This document shows, piece by piece, positions 1 to 8,535 of a DNA stretch of 31,585 nucleotides. Origin of the DNA: an uncultured Nitrososphaerota archaeon (GTDB lineage Archaea > Korarchaeota > Korarchaeia > Korarchaeales > Korarchaeaceae). A program made the translations under genes and the position numbers. Every line of letters starts with the position of its first letter. Position 1 is the stretch's first letter. Below the pieces are notes generated by a model, which was not told the DNA's origin, made no database searches, and was given only the letters and a program-made list of their open reading frames with translations. The stretch lies in contig CAYZRF010000022.1 of NCBI GenBank assembly GCA_964480775.1, positions 1-31,585 of the forward strand, in the 5' to 3' direction.

Positions 1-52
1 TGGCATATCTGGTTGCTCTAATGATTATGGTTATTGGAGGGGTGATGTTGAG

Positions 53-559
53 TTGAAAAGAGCTTTGATCTTATATAGCATCCTGTTAAGCCTTATATTC
101 ATTTTCTATGGATCGATGGATCTTCTTTGCGGCATTGTTAGATGGTTCATGCCTGCACGTGCGCTTCCAGACTTGGTCCAGACCTCGTTGAGTTTCGATT
201 TGGGGAGAGGCAGGGTCCCTGCAATTACGCTCGACCCTGGTATGGGCCTGAGTCTCCTTGTGATCGGATTCTCCCTCTTATATGGAGGACTTGGCAGCTT
301 GAAAGGGAAGTTAAAGGGTGGAGAGAGCTTTTTCCTGGCGGGATCGATTTTAGCGTTAATTCTACTTGTGCTTCAAGTCCTGATATTATTTGCAAACGGA
401 GTAGAAACCTATGCATTAAGGATCGAGGACTTTTCCGGATGGACGCCCCTGGAAGATCTCAATGAAGGTCTTGTTCTCGGCCTTCTGGCAATACCAACTT
501 TAAGTTCATCTGTTAAGAGGCTCAAATCTTTAAGAAAAACTGGATACCAAAAAGACTGA
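53..559 (+). CDS. hypothetical integral membrane protein (about 4 TM helices)
   Basis: TTG start preceded by GGAGGGG (36-42). The product has four long hydrophobic stretches (LILYSILLSLIFIFYG, GLSLLVIGFSLLYGG, FFLAGSILALILLVLQVLILF, LVLGLLAIPTL). No family recognised. The overlapping ORFs 142-465(+) and 225-416(-) look non-protein-like. Confidence 0.5.
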   Translation: MKRALILYSILLSLIFIFYGSMDLLCGIVRWFMPARALPDLVQTSLSFDLGRGRVPAITLDPGMGLSLLVIGFSLLYGGLGSLKGKLKGGESFFLAGSILALILLVLQVLILFANGVETYALRIEDFSGWTPLEDLNEGLVLGLLAIPTLSSSVKRLKSLRKTGYQKD

Positions 560-642
560 GAGAAAAGCTGCCTTTAACTGCTGTGAGGTAGTCCATCCTC
601 CTTCGTCGCCTTTCAAAAACTAGCTATATCCTAAAGATTTTT

Positions 643-1834
643 TTGAGTGTTACTTTTTCTGAAGAAAGGTGTTACAGAATCCTGACTAAGGACGCCTTTG
701 GGATAAAAAGCCTAATATTCGGGAAGGCATTCAAGGCTACTTTCAAGAGACAAAGCCATGAGATCATCAAAAACCTCTTAAGGGAAGGCTTCGTCGGAAA
801 GGAGGTGGGAATTTACATCCATTTTCCTTTCTGCAGGGGACTTTGCCCAGCTTGTCCTTACGTTAGGTACCTCTGGGATGATTTATTAGTGAGATCCTAT
901 CTAAGGTCCCTTAAGCTTGAAATAAGTGCCTATAGAGATCTATTGCAGGCCTTGGAGCTTAAAATAACCGAAGTTCATGTTGGAGGAGGCACTCCAAGCT
1001 GCCTCGACCTGAAACAGTACAAGGAAATAATCGAGGCCCTTGGAGAGAGCTTCAGTCTAGAAGGAGCTAGCATAGGGATAGAGGCCAATCCAGAGGATTT
1101 AACCAAAGAGAGGATCTATGCCTTGATGGAGGCAGGAGTAAATGAATTGAGCTTGGGAGTCCAATCCTTCTTTAGGGAAACATTAGACTTCTAGGGAGGA
1201 GGCACAGCGTGGAGGACTCGATAGATGCAATTGAGAACCTTGAAGGAGCTGGATTTAGAAGCGTAAACATTGACATAATGTACATGCTTCTAGGTCAGAC
1301 AATCGAGGACTGGGTTGAGGACCTTAGGATCGCACTGGAGTTTGAACCAGCCCAGATAACCGCCTATCCTTTGCTAGTAGTCTCTTACAGGCCCATGTAT
1401 AAGATGATGACGGAAGGGATGGTTCAGAAGCAACCAAGCATGAGAGAATTCAAGAAGATGTACTACGAAGCTATTAACACCCCTGAGGAGGCAGGTTATA
1501 CTCAAGTCAGGGCATAAGAGAGGTTAATAAGGAGGAGAGAGGGATAAGATGGATATCTGAGAGATTAAGTGCTTTAGAGCTGAAATTTGAAGGTTTTAAG
1601 AACGAGTTTGGGGAGGAGTTCTGGGATTTCGTTAAGAGGACTGGTTTTAGTAAGTCGTTATTCATTCAAAGGCTATTAGGACACATCAAGATCCATTCTG
1701 ACAGGATAGAGCTCACTGAGAAAGGGTTATTTTCTAGAAACCTAGGGGGCTGGGCCTTTGTCCTTTCAGTTCCATGCAGGATAGTAGAAGAGTACCTGAG
1801 GACTCCCTGGCCAAGAGAGGTTACTGCTCCATAA
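643..1834 (+). pseudogene. HemN/HemW-family radical SAM enzyme (coproporphyrinogen-III-oxidase-like), disrupted by two -1 frame changes
   Basis: Frame 1 (643-1194) carries the radical-SAM CxxxCxxC motif (FCRGLCPAC, Cys codons from 832) and NELSLGVQSF, then ends at a TAG. The expected continuation LLGRRHSVEDSIDAIENLEGAGFRSVNIDIMYMLLGQT is open in frame 3 from 1188 (ORF 1209-1517). Frame 3 stops at 1517. A C-terminal-like segment (GIREVNKEERGIRWISERLSALELKFEGFKNEFGEEFWDF...TAP*) is open in frame 2 from about 1511 to the TAA at 1832-1834. It has no Met, so the ORF track missed it. The reconstructed length is about 397 aa. Confidence 0.65.
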
Positions 1835-1890
1835 GGTTATAAGAACAGTTTGCCAACTCAAAAGTAGGCTTCATACCCTACAATTCCTTG

Positions 1891-3165
1891 TCATGAGTCA
1901 GATGAGCTCCTTATTTCCTCCAAAATCTCTTTTGCTCTATCTAATCTTATCTTTTTCTCTCTTATCAGCCTCTCAACTATCAGATCTACCTCTTCTGGCT
2001 TAGCGCCAGCAGCCATAGCCACGCTTCTTGCGTGAAGTTTCATGTGCCCAGCCTGTATTCCTTCAGTCGCAAGCGCCCTGATAGCTGCAAAGTTCTGAGC
2101 GAGACCCAAGGACACCATTACCTGGGCGAGTTCGCTTGCAGATCTCACTCCAAGAATCTTAAGACATATTTTCGCTATTGGGTGGACACGGGTTATGCCT
2201 CCCACAGTACCCACAGCCATGGGCATTTCTAGGTAGCCTTCAAGGTCTCCGTTCTCGTTCTTCCACCATCTACTCAAAGAGGTATACCTACCTGCGCGGG
2301 CAGCATATGCGTGTGCGCCAGCTTCAAGAGCCCTCGTGTCTTGTCCCGTTGCCCTAGCCAGAGCAATAACGCCGTTCATTATGCCTTTGTTGTGTGTGCA
2401 TGCTCTATAAGGATCGTTTGCTGCAAAGGCATATGCTGCTACTATCCCGTCGACGACTTCCTCCCCACCAATAGCTTCTTTCTTGAATACAGCTCTTGCC
2501 CTTGCTATCCTTCTATCTGCCAGGTTTGATATTATTCTCAAGTATACTCTTCCTCCGGTAAGCCTCTCTATAGTTGGGGCAACGGCTTCAGCCATTGTAT
2601 TCACTGCATTTGCTCCCATCGCATCTCTAACATCCACAAGAAGATGTGTTATTACCATTGGACCAACTTCTGTATCTAAAATCCTTACTTCGAGATCCCT
2701 TGTCCCTCCACCAAATTTGACTAAAACAGGATCTTGCTCGTTTGCTATCTCCAGAATCTGATCTTTATTTTCTAGTATAATTCTTCTTGCCTCTTCCGGA
2801 TCCTTAACGCCTACAAGTTGAACCTGACCTATCATGATGGGTTCAGTTGTCTCCGCAATGAAACCCCCTCCTGGGAGGGCCATCTTAGCTGCATTGCTCG
2901 CGGCAGCAACTACAGATGGTTCTTCTATTGCCATGGGTATAAGGTAGTCTTTCCCATTGATCTTGAAGTTGACCGCAATCCCTAAAGGCAGAGGCCAGGT
3001 GCCAATCACATTTTCTATAATGCGGTCTGCAACCCCTAACTCCAGGCTTCCCGCTTTAAGGAGCAGCTCAGTTTCCTTATCTGTCAGATCAGCAAATTCT
3101 TTTACTATCCTAACCCTTTCCTCAATGGGTAACTTGTAAAATCCCGGAATTCTTGAGGTCTTCAT
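1891..3165 (-). CDS. hmgA: 3-hydroxy-3-methylglutaryl-CoA reductase (class I, archaeal)
   Basis: Motifs EEPSVVAAASN, DAMGANAVNT, GTVGG and HMKLHAR are typical of the class-I HMGR catalytic domain. I moved the start to ATG 3165 (MKTSRIPGFYKLP...). The 38 upstream codons of the track ORF overlap the 3' end of the epimerase gene, and a TATA-like box lies at 3191-3200. Confidence 0.9.
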   Translation of the reverse strand: MKTSRIPGFYKLPIEERVRIVKEFADLTDKETELLLKAGSLELGVADRIIENVIGTWPLPLGIAVNFKINGKDYLIPMAIEEPSVVAAASNAAKMALPGGGFIAETTEPIMIGQVQLVGVKDPEEARRIILENKDQILEIANEQDPVLVKFGGGTRDLEVRILDTEVGPMVITHLLVDVRDAMGANAVNTMAEAVAPTIERLTGGRVYLRIISNLADRRIARARAVFKKEAIGGEEVVDGIVAAYAFAANDPYRACTHNKGIMNGVIALARATGQDTRALEAGAHAYAARAGRYTSLSRWWKNENGDLEGYLEMPMAVGTVGGITRVHPIAKICLKILGVRSASELAQVMVSLGLAQNFAAIRALATEGIQAGHMKLHARSVAMAAGAKPEEVDLIVERLIREKKIRLDRAKEILEEIRSSSDS

Positions 3166-3190
3166 ATGGTTCTCGAAGGATTTCCAGTTG

Positions 3191-3200
3191 TATATTAAAA
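3191..3200 (-). promoter_or_regulatory. TATA-like box (TTTTAATATA on the minus strand) upstream of hmgA
   Basis: AT-rich box whose centre is about 30 nt upstream of ATG 3165. This fits archaeal TATA spacing for a leaderless or very short-leader mRNA. Confidence 0.35.
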
Positions 3201-3244
3201 GTTGGCAGAGAGTAATACGACGGTATTCAATGGAACGGTTGGGT

Positions 3245-4210
3245 CTAAGCTCCTCTCCTCCTTCCTTTAACATTAACAAACCAATAAAATGTCTCTTTCA
3301 ACCCATCTTCTATTCTAAAGGTTGGAGAGTAGCCCAAAATCTCTCTAGCTAAGCTAATATCAGCAACGCTGTGCATGACTTCTCCCTTCAATAGTGGGAT
3401 GTATTTGAAACCAGCTCTATGACCAACCATCTCGGAGATTTTTTCAGCTAACTCATTTATCGTTATAGCCTTACCAGTCCCAACGTTTAGAACCTTTCCT
3501 ATCGCTTCCTCCTTCAAAGAAGCTAGTAGGTTGGCCCGGGCGACATCCTTAACGAATACGAAGTCCCTGGTCTGCTTACCATCTCCTCTTATTGTTAGAG
3601 GCTGTCCCTGTAAGGCCTGTCTCATGAATATGGAGATCACCCCACTATAATTTCCGCCAGCCTGTCTGGGACCATATACATTGAAATACCTCAAGCAAAC
3701 TGTCTTGAGTCCATAACTTTCGTAAAAAGCCCTGCAGTAAGACTCTGCAGCCAGTTTCGAGGCAGCGTATGGAGAAAGGGGGTCAAGCTCACTTTTCTCA
3801 TTGATTGGAAGAGATGTAGGGTTGCCATAAACAGCACAAGAGGATGCGTAAACGAACCTCTCCACATTGGAGCTTAGTGCGGCCTCCAGCAAGTTTATCG
3901 TCCCGTTAACATTCACATCATTAGTGAGATCTGGTTTTTCTATAGATAAGGGAACCGAAACCACAGCAGCTTGATGAAAAATGAAATCTGCTTCCTTGAC
4001 GAACCTCTTAACGAGCTCCTTGTCCCTAATGTCTCCTTCGATAACTTTTAGCTTGGAGTCTTCGAGAAAGGCCTTCAAGTTATCTAGGCTACCAGTGAAG
4101 AAGTTGTCGATGACTACAACCTGCTCTACTTCCTTTTCACTCAATAAGAGTTCTACTACGTGGCTACCTATAAAGCCAGCCCCCCCAGAAACCAGAACTT
4201 TTCCAAACAT
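3245..4210 (-). CDS. NAD-dependent sugar-nucleotide epimerase/dehydratase (extended SDR; WbpP/GalE/PelX-like UDP-hexose or UDP-HexNAc 4-epimerase)
   Basis: With the start at ATG 4210 the N-terminus is MFGKVLVSGGAGFIGSH (Rossmann GxxGxxG). Also present: catalytic YAASK, SSCAVYG and LRYFNVYGPRQ. The gene begins 11 nt after the stop of the upstream membrane-protein gene, consistent with one operon. Confidence 0.85.
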   Translation of the reverse strand: MFGKVLVSGGAGFIGSHVVELLLSEKEVEQVVVIDNFFTGSLDNLKAFLEDSKLKVIEGDIRDKELVKRFVKEADFIFHQAAVVSVPLSIEKPDLTNDVNVNGTINLLEAALSSNVERFVYASSCAVYGNPTSLPINEKSELDPLSPYAASKLAAESYCRAFYESYGLKTVCLRYFNVYGPRQAGGNYSGVISIFMRQALQGQPLTIRGDGKQTRDFVFVKDVARANLLASLKEEAIGKVLNVGTGKAITINELAEKISEMVGHRAGFKYIPLLKGEVMHSVADISLAREILGYSPTFRIEDGLKETFYWFVNVKGRRRGA

Positions 4211-4221
4211 TAAGGCATCAC

Positions 4222-5766
4222 CTAAAAAGCCGTGTAATAATAATAAGCTATCCTTTTCAAGCTTCTGAGTATTTGAAGGGTAGAGATGGCTCCTGAAACT
4301 AAACATCCAAAAAGATAGCCTAAAGAGACGTAATATATTCCATAGCTATGAGAGAGCAGGAGGCTGAGGATCAGGTTTAGAATCAAGCCCAAGGATAGCG
4401 AATAGATCATGGGCTTTGGTCTATAGAGATAGAAGGATATGAGGGAGTTTATCAGCACAAGTGTAAGAAGAATATTTCCAATTCCAGCTGCTATCAAGAC
4501 TAGGATGGAGTTCTCAGGAATTTTCCAAAGTATTCTCCCTTCTATTGAGAGGAAATAGACCAAGAGTAAAATGAGAATGCCTACTACAGTTAGAGATAGA
4601 ACAACCTTTCTGTAAAAGGACACAAGAAGCTCACCATATTCGGAGCGATCCTTAATCTTAGCCTTACCTCCTTTCTCTATGAGCCTGTATAGCTTAACCA
4701 AGTAATAATGAATGAGTCCAAAAAGAGGAGGAAGTATCAAAAGAGCCAAGTTCTTTCCTGTCTCATAGTCTAAGTCCATTAGGAGAGGATTTCCAACTCT
4801 CGCCCAAACGATGAGCTGATCGACTGTAAGGAGGAGGAAGTAGAGGGTTGAGGCTATGAAGTATGGAATTCCTAGGAGGAGGGTTAGAGAGAGGCTCGGC
4901 AGCCTTACCACAGTCTCTTCGCTCACCGCCTTGAGGAGAGTTAGCCTCATGTATATGTAAACGAAGATATAAATCAGGCTTGCTAGAATTCCAAAGAAAA
5001 TCCCATACATGTGGGCCCTCACGAATTCTAAGGAACTTTCGTATAAGGCAACGTTAACTACGAAAAGAGATAGGATAAAAATTAAGAATAGAGAAATGTA
5101 CTTTTTTAGAGTATAGAGGGGAGCTGTTGCTAACCAGAGCACGGAGAGGGCTGCAAAATAGATCAGCCCTAAGGAAGTCAGATCTTGAGAGAAAGCCCAG
5201 GAGAGAAGGAAATAAAATAAGATACCAGATAAAAGGACAGCAGATGTTCCAATCAGATAGTAAAGGGTTAAAAACTTTAAAGCCACACCGTAAGCCAATT
5301 GGTAGAAGTAAAAGAGAACCTTTCTCATGAAAACTGATTGTATCCCCGAGGTGGTAAGGAGGCTAGCTATAAGAGAAAGACCTATAACAGTAGCGATCCT
5401 TATATCCGCAGTAACTATGGAATAGAGAGAGATCCCAGTTAAGGAAAAGGAGATGGTGGACAGCAGCCATGGTGAGCCTGAAAGCAAGCCCAAGAGAAAG
5501 AGGAGGGCTCCTTCCTTCATTCTCTCAATGAGAGATTTCTTTTCCTCACCCACAGCCTCTTCTCTAGATTTATAGTAATCTATTAGCTCTATAACTGCCT
5601 TGGACAGAGAGAAAACATCTTCAAACCCATAGCTCCTAGCTATCTCTTGGGTAACACCAAGGGACTCGAGTATAGCTGCAACCTGCATGTAATCCTTAAC
5701 GTCAGCTTCTATCTCCAAAACAGCCATGGCCAAACTGTCAAGTTCTGAGAATATTTCTACGGTCAT
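4222..5766 (-). CDS. polytopic membrane protein, PelG-like (putative polysaccharide export/synthase subunit) with an extra N-terminal soluble domain of about 85 aa
   Basis: 514 aa with about 12 or more hydrophobic helices after a soluble N-terminus. The segments SGSPWLLSTISFSL and VDQLIVWARVGNP resemble conserved PelG segments as I remember them. Its ATG overlaps the stop of the PelF-like gene (ATGA at 5763-5766). Confidence 0.55.
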   Translation of the reverse strand: MTVEIFSELDSLAMAVLEIEADVKDYMQVAAILESLGVTQEIARSYGFEDVFSLSKAVIELIDYYKSREEAVGEEKKSLIERMKEGALLFLLGLLSGSPWLLSTISFSLTGISLYSIVTADIRIATVIGLSLIASLLTTSGIQSVFMRKVLFYFYQLAYGVALKFLTLYYLIGTSAVLLSGILFYFLLSWAFSQDLTSLGLIYFAALSVLWLATAPLYTLKKYISLFLIFILSLFVVNVALYESSLEFVRAHMYGIFFGILASLIYIFVYIYMRLTLLKAVSEETVVRLPSLSLTLLLGIPYFIASTLYFLLLTVDQLIVWARVGNPLLMDLDYETGKNLALLILPPLFGLIHYYLVKLYRLIEKGGKAKIKDRSEYGELLVSFYRKVVLSLTVVGILILLLVYFLSIEGRILWKIPENSILVLIAAGIGNILLTLVLINSLISFYLYRPKPMIYSLSLGLILNLILSLLLSHSYGIYYVSLGYLFGCLVSGAISTLQILRSLKRIAYYYYTAF

Positions 5767-7220
5767 TTCGTTACCTCCTCAATCTTCTTTTCAGATAGTA
5801 GCTCTACATATGAGCGCAAGTAGTCCGCCAGAAATCTTTCTTCGGAGTATAACCTTAGAGCCTTCTCTCTTGCCTTCTTACCGAAATCATCTCTCATCTC
5901 ATCGTTGAGAAGGGCTTCTACGATAGCCTTACCAAGTTCTTTTGGCTGTCTAGGAGGAACGACTATGCCGCAGCCTTCTAGAGCTTCTCTAACCCCTCCC
6001 ACGTCAGTAGCTACGACGAGGCGACCGCAGGCCATCGCTTCAACCACAGCGTAAGGAAATCCCTCAGATATACTCGGCAGGGCAACCACATCAGCTCTAT
6101 TGTATTCAATCTCTGGCTGGTTGGTCGGGCCCATAAAGAGAAATGAGTTTTCCAAACCCAGCTCTTTCACCTTTCTGACACAGGCTGCGTAGTATTTCTT
6201 GTCGACTATTGGACCAAAGACTTGGCACACAGCATTCTTAACCTCCTCTCTCACGTGGCTGAAGGCTTCGACCATGTCGATTATCCCTTTGAGCTTGTCA
6301 ACCCTTGCCATGAGGACTATTCTCTTCATATCCCTCTCTTTCTGGATAAGAAGGGGTCTGAACCTGTCTACATCTATTCCGTTGTATATCACTTCTATTT
6401 TTTCTTGCTTAATACCGAACTCCCTCTCCCAGTTTACGTTAAAGCCGCAGACAGGGGAAATTTTGTCAGCATAGCTGTAGTTCGTCAACACTATTGCTCG
6501 AAAGAGATTTAGCCAAAAGATCTTAGCTGGAAAGCTCTCAACTAATCTTACAGTGTCGAGTACCCTCTCCCTAAAGTAGAGACCGTGTTCCGTCAAGAGG
6601 TAAGGGACATCTTCTTCGACCTTAGAGATAACTGCAGGGATCCCACACAGAGCAGCTGCCGAGGAGTGGTACACATCGCCTTCTGGAAACGGGAATATGA
6701 GTACCCTCAAGAAGTGCTGAAGAACCCTTGCAAGGTCTATTAGCTCAGATATCGTCATGTTGGAGTAGAGTTCATCCTCTCCAAGCTTTGATAGGTATGT
6801 TTTCCACAGAGCTTCGCTCTTAAAGGTCTTTTTGTAGTCGTGATCAGCGAAGAAATTTCGCATGTACCTAAGGGCTTCACCCATCCTTCTAGGATTCTTT
6901 CCACCTAGAAGAACCTCTTCAAGGAAATCCTTGAAGTTAGGGATGAACTCCTCTTCCACCTCGCTTGTTCCTGTTCTAATCATCTTTTTCAGAATTGAGA
7001 TGCATGATGGATTGAAGTGCTCACTAGGCTGTTCCTCTCCCCACAGAGAAATAGTTACTAGTCCCTTCACATTCTTAGGTAAATGATAAGAAATCCTAAA
7101 AAAGGGGCTAGGAACTATTGAGACAAGATAAAATTCTATATCTGGAAGCTTTGTGATCAAATTGTGCGTCCAAGTGCTCACCCCGCCCCTAAAATATGGA
7201 TATGTGCCCTCGGTAGTCAT
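5763..7220 (-). CDS. pelF: PelF-like glycosyltransferase (DUF3492-type N-terminal domain + GT4/GT-B catalytic domain)
   Basis: The N-terminus EGTYPYFRGGVSTWTHNLI matches the PelF/DUF3492 signature (EGxYPYxxGGVSxW). The C-terminal half has the GT4 motif LPSISEGFPYAVVEAMACG...TDVGGVRE. Confidence 0.8.
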   Translation of the reverse strand: MTTEGTYPYFRGGVSTWTHNLITKLPDIEFYLVSIVPSPFFRISYHLPKNVKGLVTISLWGEEQPSEHFNPSCISILKKMIRTGTSEVEEEFIPNFKDFLEEVLLGGKNPRRMGEALRYMRNFFADHDYKKTFKSEALWKTYLSKLGEDELYSNMTISELIDLARVLQHFLRVLIFPFPEGDVYHSSAAALCGIPAVISKVEEDVPYLLTEHGLYFRERVLDTVRLVESFPAKIFWLNLFRAIVLTNYSYADKISPVCGFNVNWEREFGIKQEKIEVIYNGIDVDRFRPLLIQKERDMKRIVLMARVDKLKGIIDMVEAFSHVREEVKNAVCQVFGPIVDKKYYAACVRKVKELGLENSFLFMGPTNQPEIEYNRADVVALPSISEGFPYAVVEAMACGRLVVATDVGGVREALEGCGIVVPPRQPKELGKAIVEALLNDEMRDDFGKKAREKALRLYSEERFLADYLRSYVELLSEKKIEEVTK

Positions 7221-7253
7221 TACTACTCTAAGCAGATTAACCCCCCCAAGGCT

Positions 7254-7706
7254 TCACTTCTCTTCTTTCTCCCCTTTTTCTTTTTTCTTATAAGGTCTAA
7301 ACAACGGTACTCCTGCTCCAAGATCATTAGATGGTTCTAATTTATCTTCCATCGAATTTGCCGTTTCTAAGGCCTTTTCAGCCTTCTCAAACTTATTCGC
7401 CCACATGTAGCACTTTGATGCCATTTTATACCCCCAAATTGAAGATCTCGGAGATATAGAAGCTGTAGAATCAGCATATTCCACGTAGGAGTCTCCAGCT
7501 AAATCGAACAATGTTATGGCCGCTTTTTTGTCTCCTGTCTTCAACGCACACTTTGCAGCCGATAAAAGGGAGAGAGCAGCCATTGCAATGTTCTTCTTTT
7601 CTTTCTGGATTTCAGCTTCCTTGAGATAATGCTCAAGAGCCTCCTGATATTTTTCCTCTTTTTCAAGTTTAGTCCCCAAAGACCAGTGGCTTACCTCTGA
7701 CATCAT
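7254..7706 (-). CDS. TPR/SNAP-like helical-repeat protein with a Lys/Glu-rich C-terminal tail
   Basis: Repeated A/Y/L helix-pair pattern (YQEALEHYLKEAE, AALSLLSAAKCALKTGDKKAAITLFDLAGDSYVEYA, ASKCYMWANKFEKAEKALE) and a tail of KKKEKGEKEEK. GGAGGAG lies about 8 nt upstream. This is the first gene of the minus-strand operon. Confidence 0.5.
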   Translation of the reverse strand: MMSEVSHWSLGTKLEKEEKYQEALEHYLKEAEIQKEKKNIAMAALSLLSAAKCALKTGDKKAAITLFDLAGDSYVEYADSTASISPRSSIWGYKMASKCYMWANKFEKAEKALETANSMEDKLEPSNDLGAGVPLFRPYKKKEKGEKEEK

Positions 7707-7794
7707 GCTTGTGTCTCCTCCTTAACAGTAATAATTACTATTTAGAAATAAAGAACACTTATTAAGTCTCCCCTTAATTGAGATTTGAGCCAGA
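7707..7794. promoter_or_regulatory. divergent intergenic promoter region between the Pel-like operon (-) and the KaiC/GTPase/Roadblock operon (+)
   Basis: 88-bp AT-rich spacer with TATA-like CTATTTAGAAATAAAG (ATTT..AAAT inverted arms) and CTTATTAAG. Genes diverge from both ends. Confidence 0.35.
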
Positions 7795-8520
7795 ATGGTC
7801 CAAAAAGGTCATGTTATTGAAAGAGTCAGGACTGGAATAGAAGGTTTCGACGAGCTAATAGAAGGAGGTTTACCCCAAGGAAGGATCTATCTAGTAGCAG
7901 GCGAGACAGGAACATGCAAGACCACTTTTGCCCTTCAATTTCTCTACATGGGAGCTCGTTACTTCGGTGAGAGCGGTATCTTTGTCACCATAGACGAGAA
8001 GCCCGAAAGGATAATAGAGGATGCCGCTTCGATAGGCTGGGACCTAGAGGAGCTTATTGATAAGAACAAACTTCTTATCCTTGAGATATCCCCTTTCTTC
8101 TCAGATATAAAGGAAATAAGTGCCAAACGAATAGCTGAGGAACTAAAGCTTCACATCAACCAGTTAAACGCAAAGAGGCTTGCAATAGATCCAATAGCTC
8201 CTCTTGTCTTAAAAGAGGATGAGGGCGGAGTTACGACTCAGAACATCATAAGGATGTACCTTAAGGAACTCTTCGACTCCTTGGAGGAACTAAAGATTAC
8301 AACCGTTGCCACTTCGGAGATCCCAACCGGAACAAATATGCTGAGCAGGTACGGGGTCGAGGAGTTCTTGGCATCAGGGGTTATTGTACTTCGCTTGATA
8401 AGAGAGGGCACAACATTCTCTAGGGAGTTATATGTAAGGAAAATGAGAGGAGTTAACCACAGCTTGAACGCATATCCTTTCGTGATACAGCGTGGGAGAG
8501 GAATAGTTATATCTATTTGA
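7795..8520 (+). CDS. single-domain KaiC/RecA-superfamily ATPase (KaiC-like, signalling type)
   Basis: RVRTGIEGFDELIEGGLPQGRIYLVAGETGTCKTTFALQF (Walker A with Cys in place of the usual Gly before Lys), VTIDE (catalytic Glu), RLAIDPI (Walker B) and YVRKMRGVNH. About 240 aa, typical of archaeal KaiC-like paralogs. Confidence 0.85.
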   Translation: MVQKGHVIERVRTGIEGFDELIEGGLPQGRIYLVAGETGTCKTTFALQFLYMGARYFGESGIFVTIDEKPERIIEDAASIGWDLEELIDKNKLLILEISPFFSDIKEISAKRIAEELKLHINQLNAKRLAIDPIAPLVLKEDEGGVTTQNIIRMYLKELFDSLEELKITTVATSEIPTGTNMLSRYGVEEFLASGVIVLRLIREGTTFSRELYVRKMRGVNHSLNAYPFVIQRGRGIVISI

Positions 8521-8535
8521 AGGATCTTATCATAG

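Noticed and set aside
142-465. Alternative-frame ORFs 142-465(+) and 225-416(-) inside ORF 53-559.
   Set aside because: Their Arg/Cys/Pro/Ser-rich, non-protein-like composition argues against them. The frame of 53-559 gives a coherent TM-helix pattern and an upstream GGAGGGG.
1176-1520. Programmed -1 ribosomal frameshifting as the explanation for the split HemN-like gene.
   Set aside because: Neither junction (GAC-TTC-TAG near 1188; CAA-GTC-AGG-GCA near 1510) has an X-XXY-YYZ slippery heptamer or an obvious downstream structure. Two independent programmed shifts in one metabolic gene are implausible.
3166-3279. N-terminal 38-codon extension of the hmgA ORF (MLMLKEGGEELRPNRS...).
   Set aside because: It overlaps the 3' end of the epimerase gene and contains the TATA-like box. 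The HMGR family sequence begins at MKTSRIPGFYKLP (ATG 3165).
4211-4306. N-terminal 32-codon extension of the epimerase ORF.
   Set aside because: It overlaps the end of the PelG-like gene. The Rossmann GGAGFIGSH motif must sit near the N-terminus, which ATG 4210 provides.
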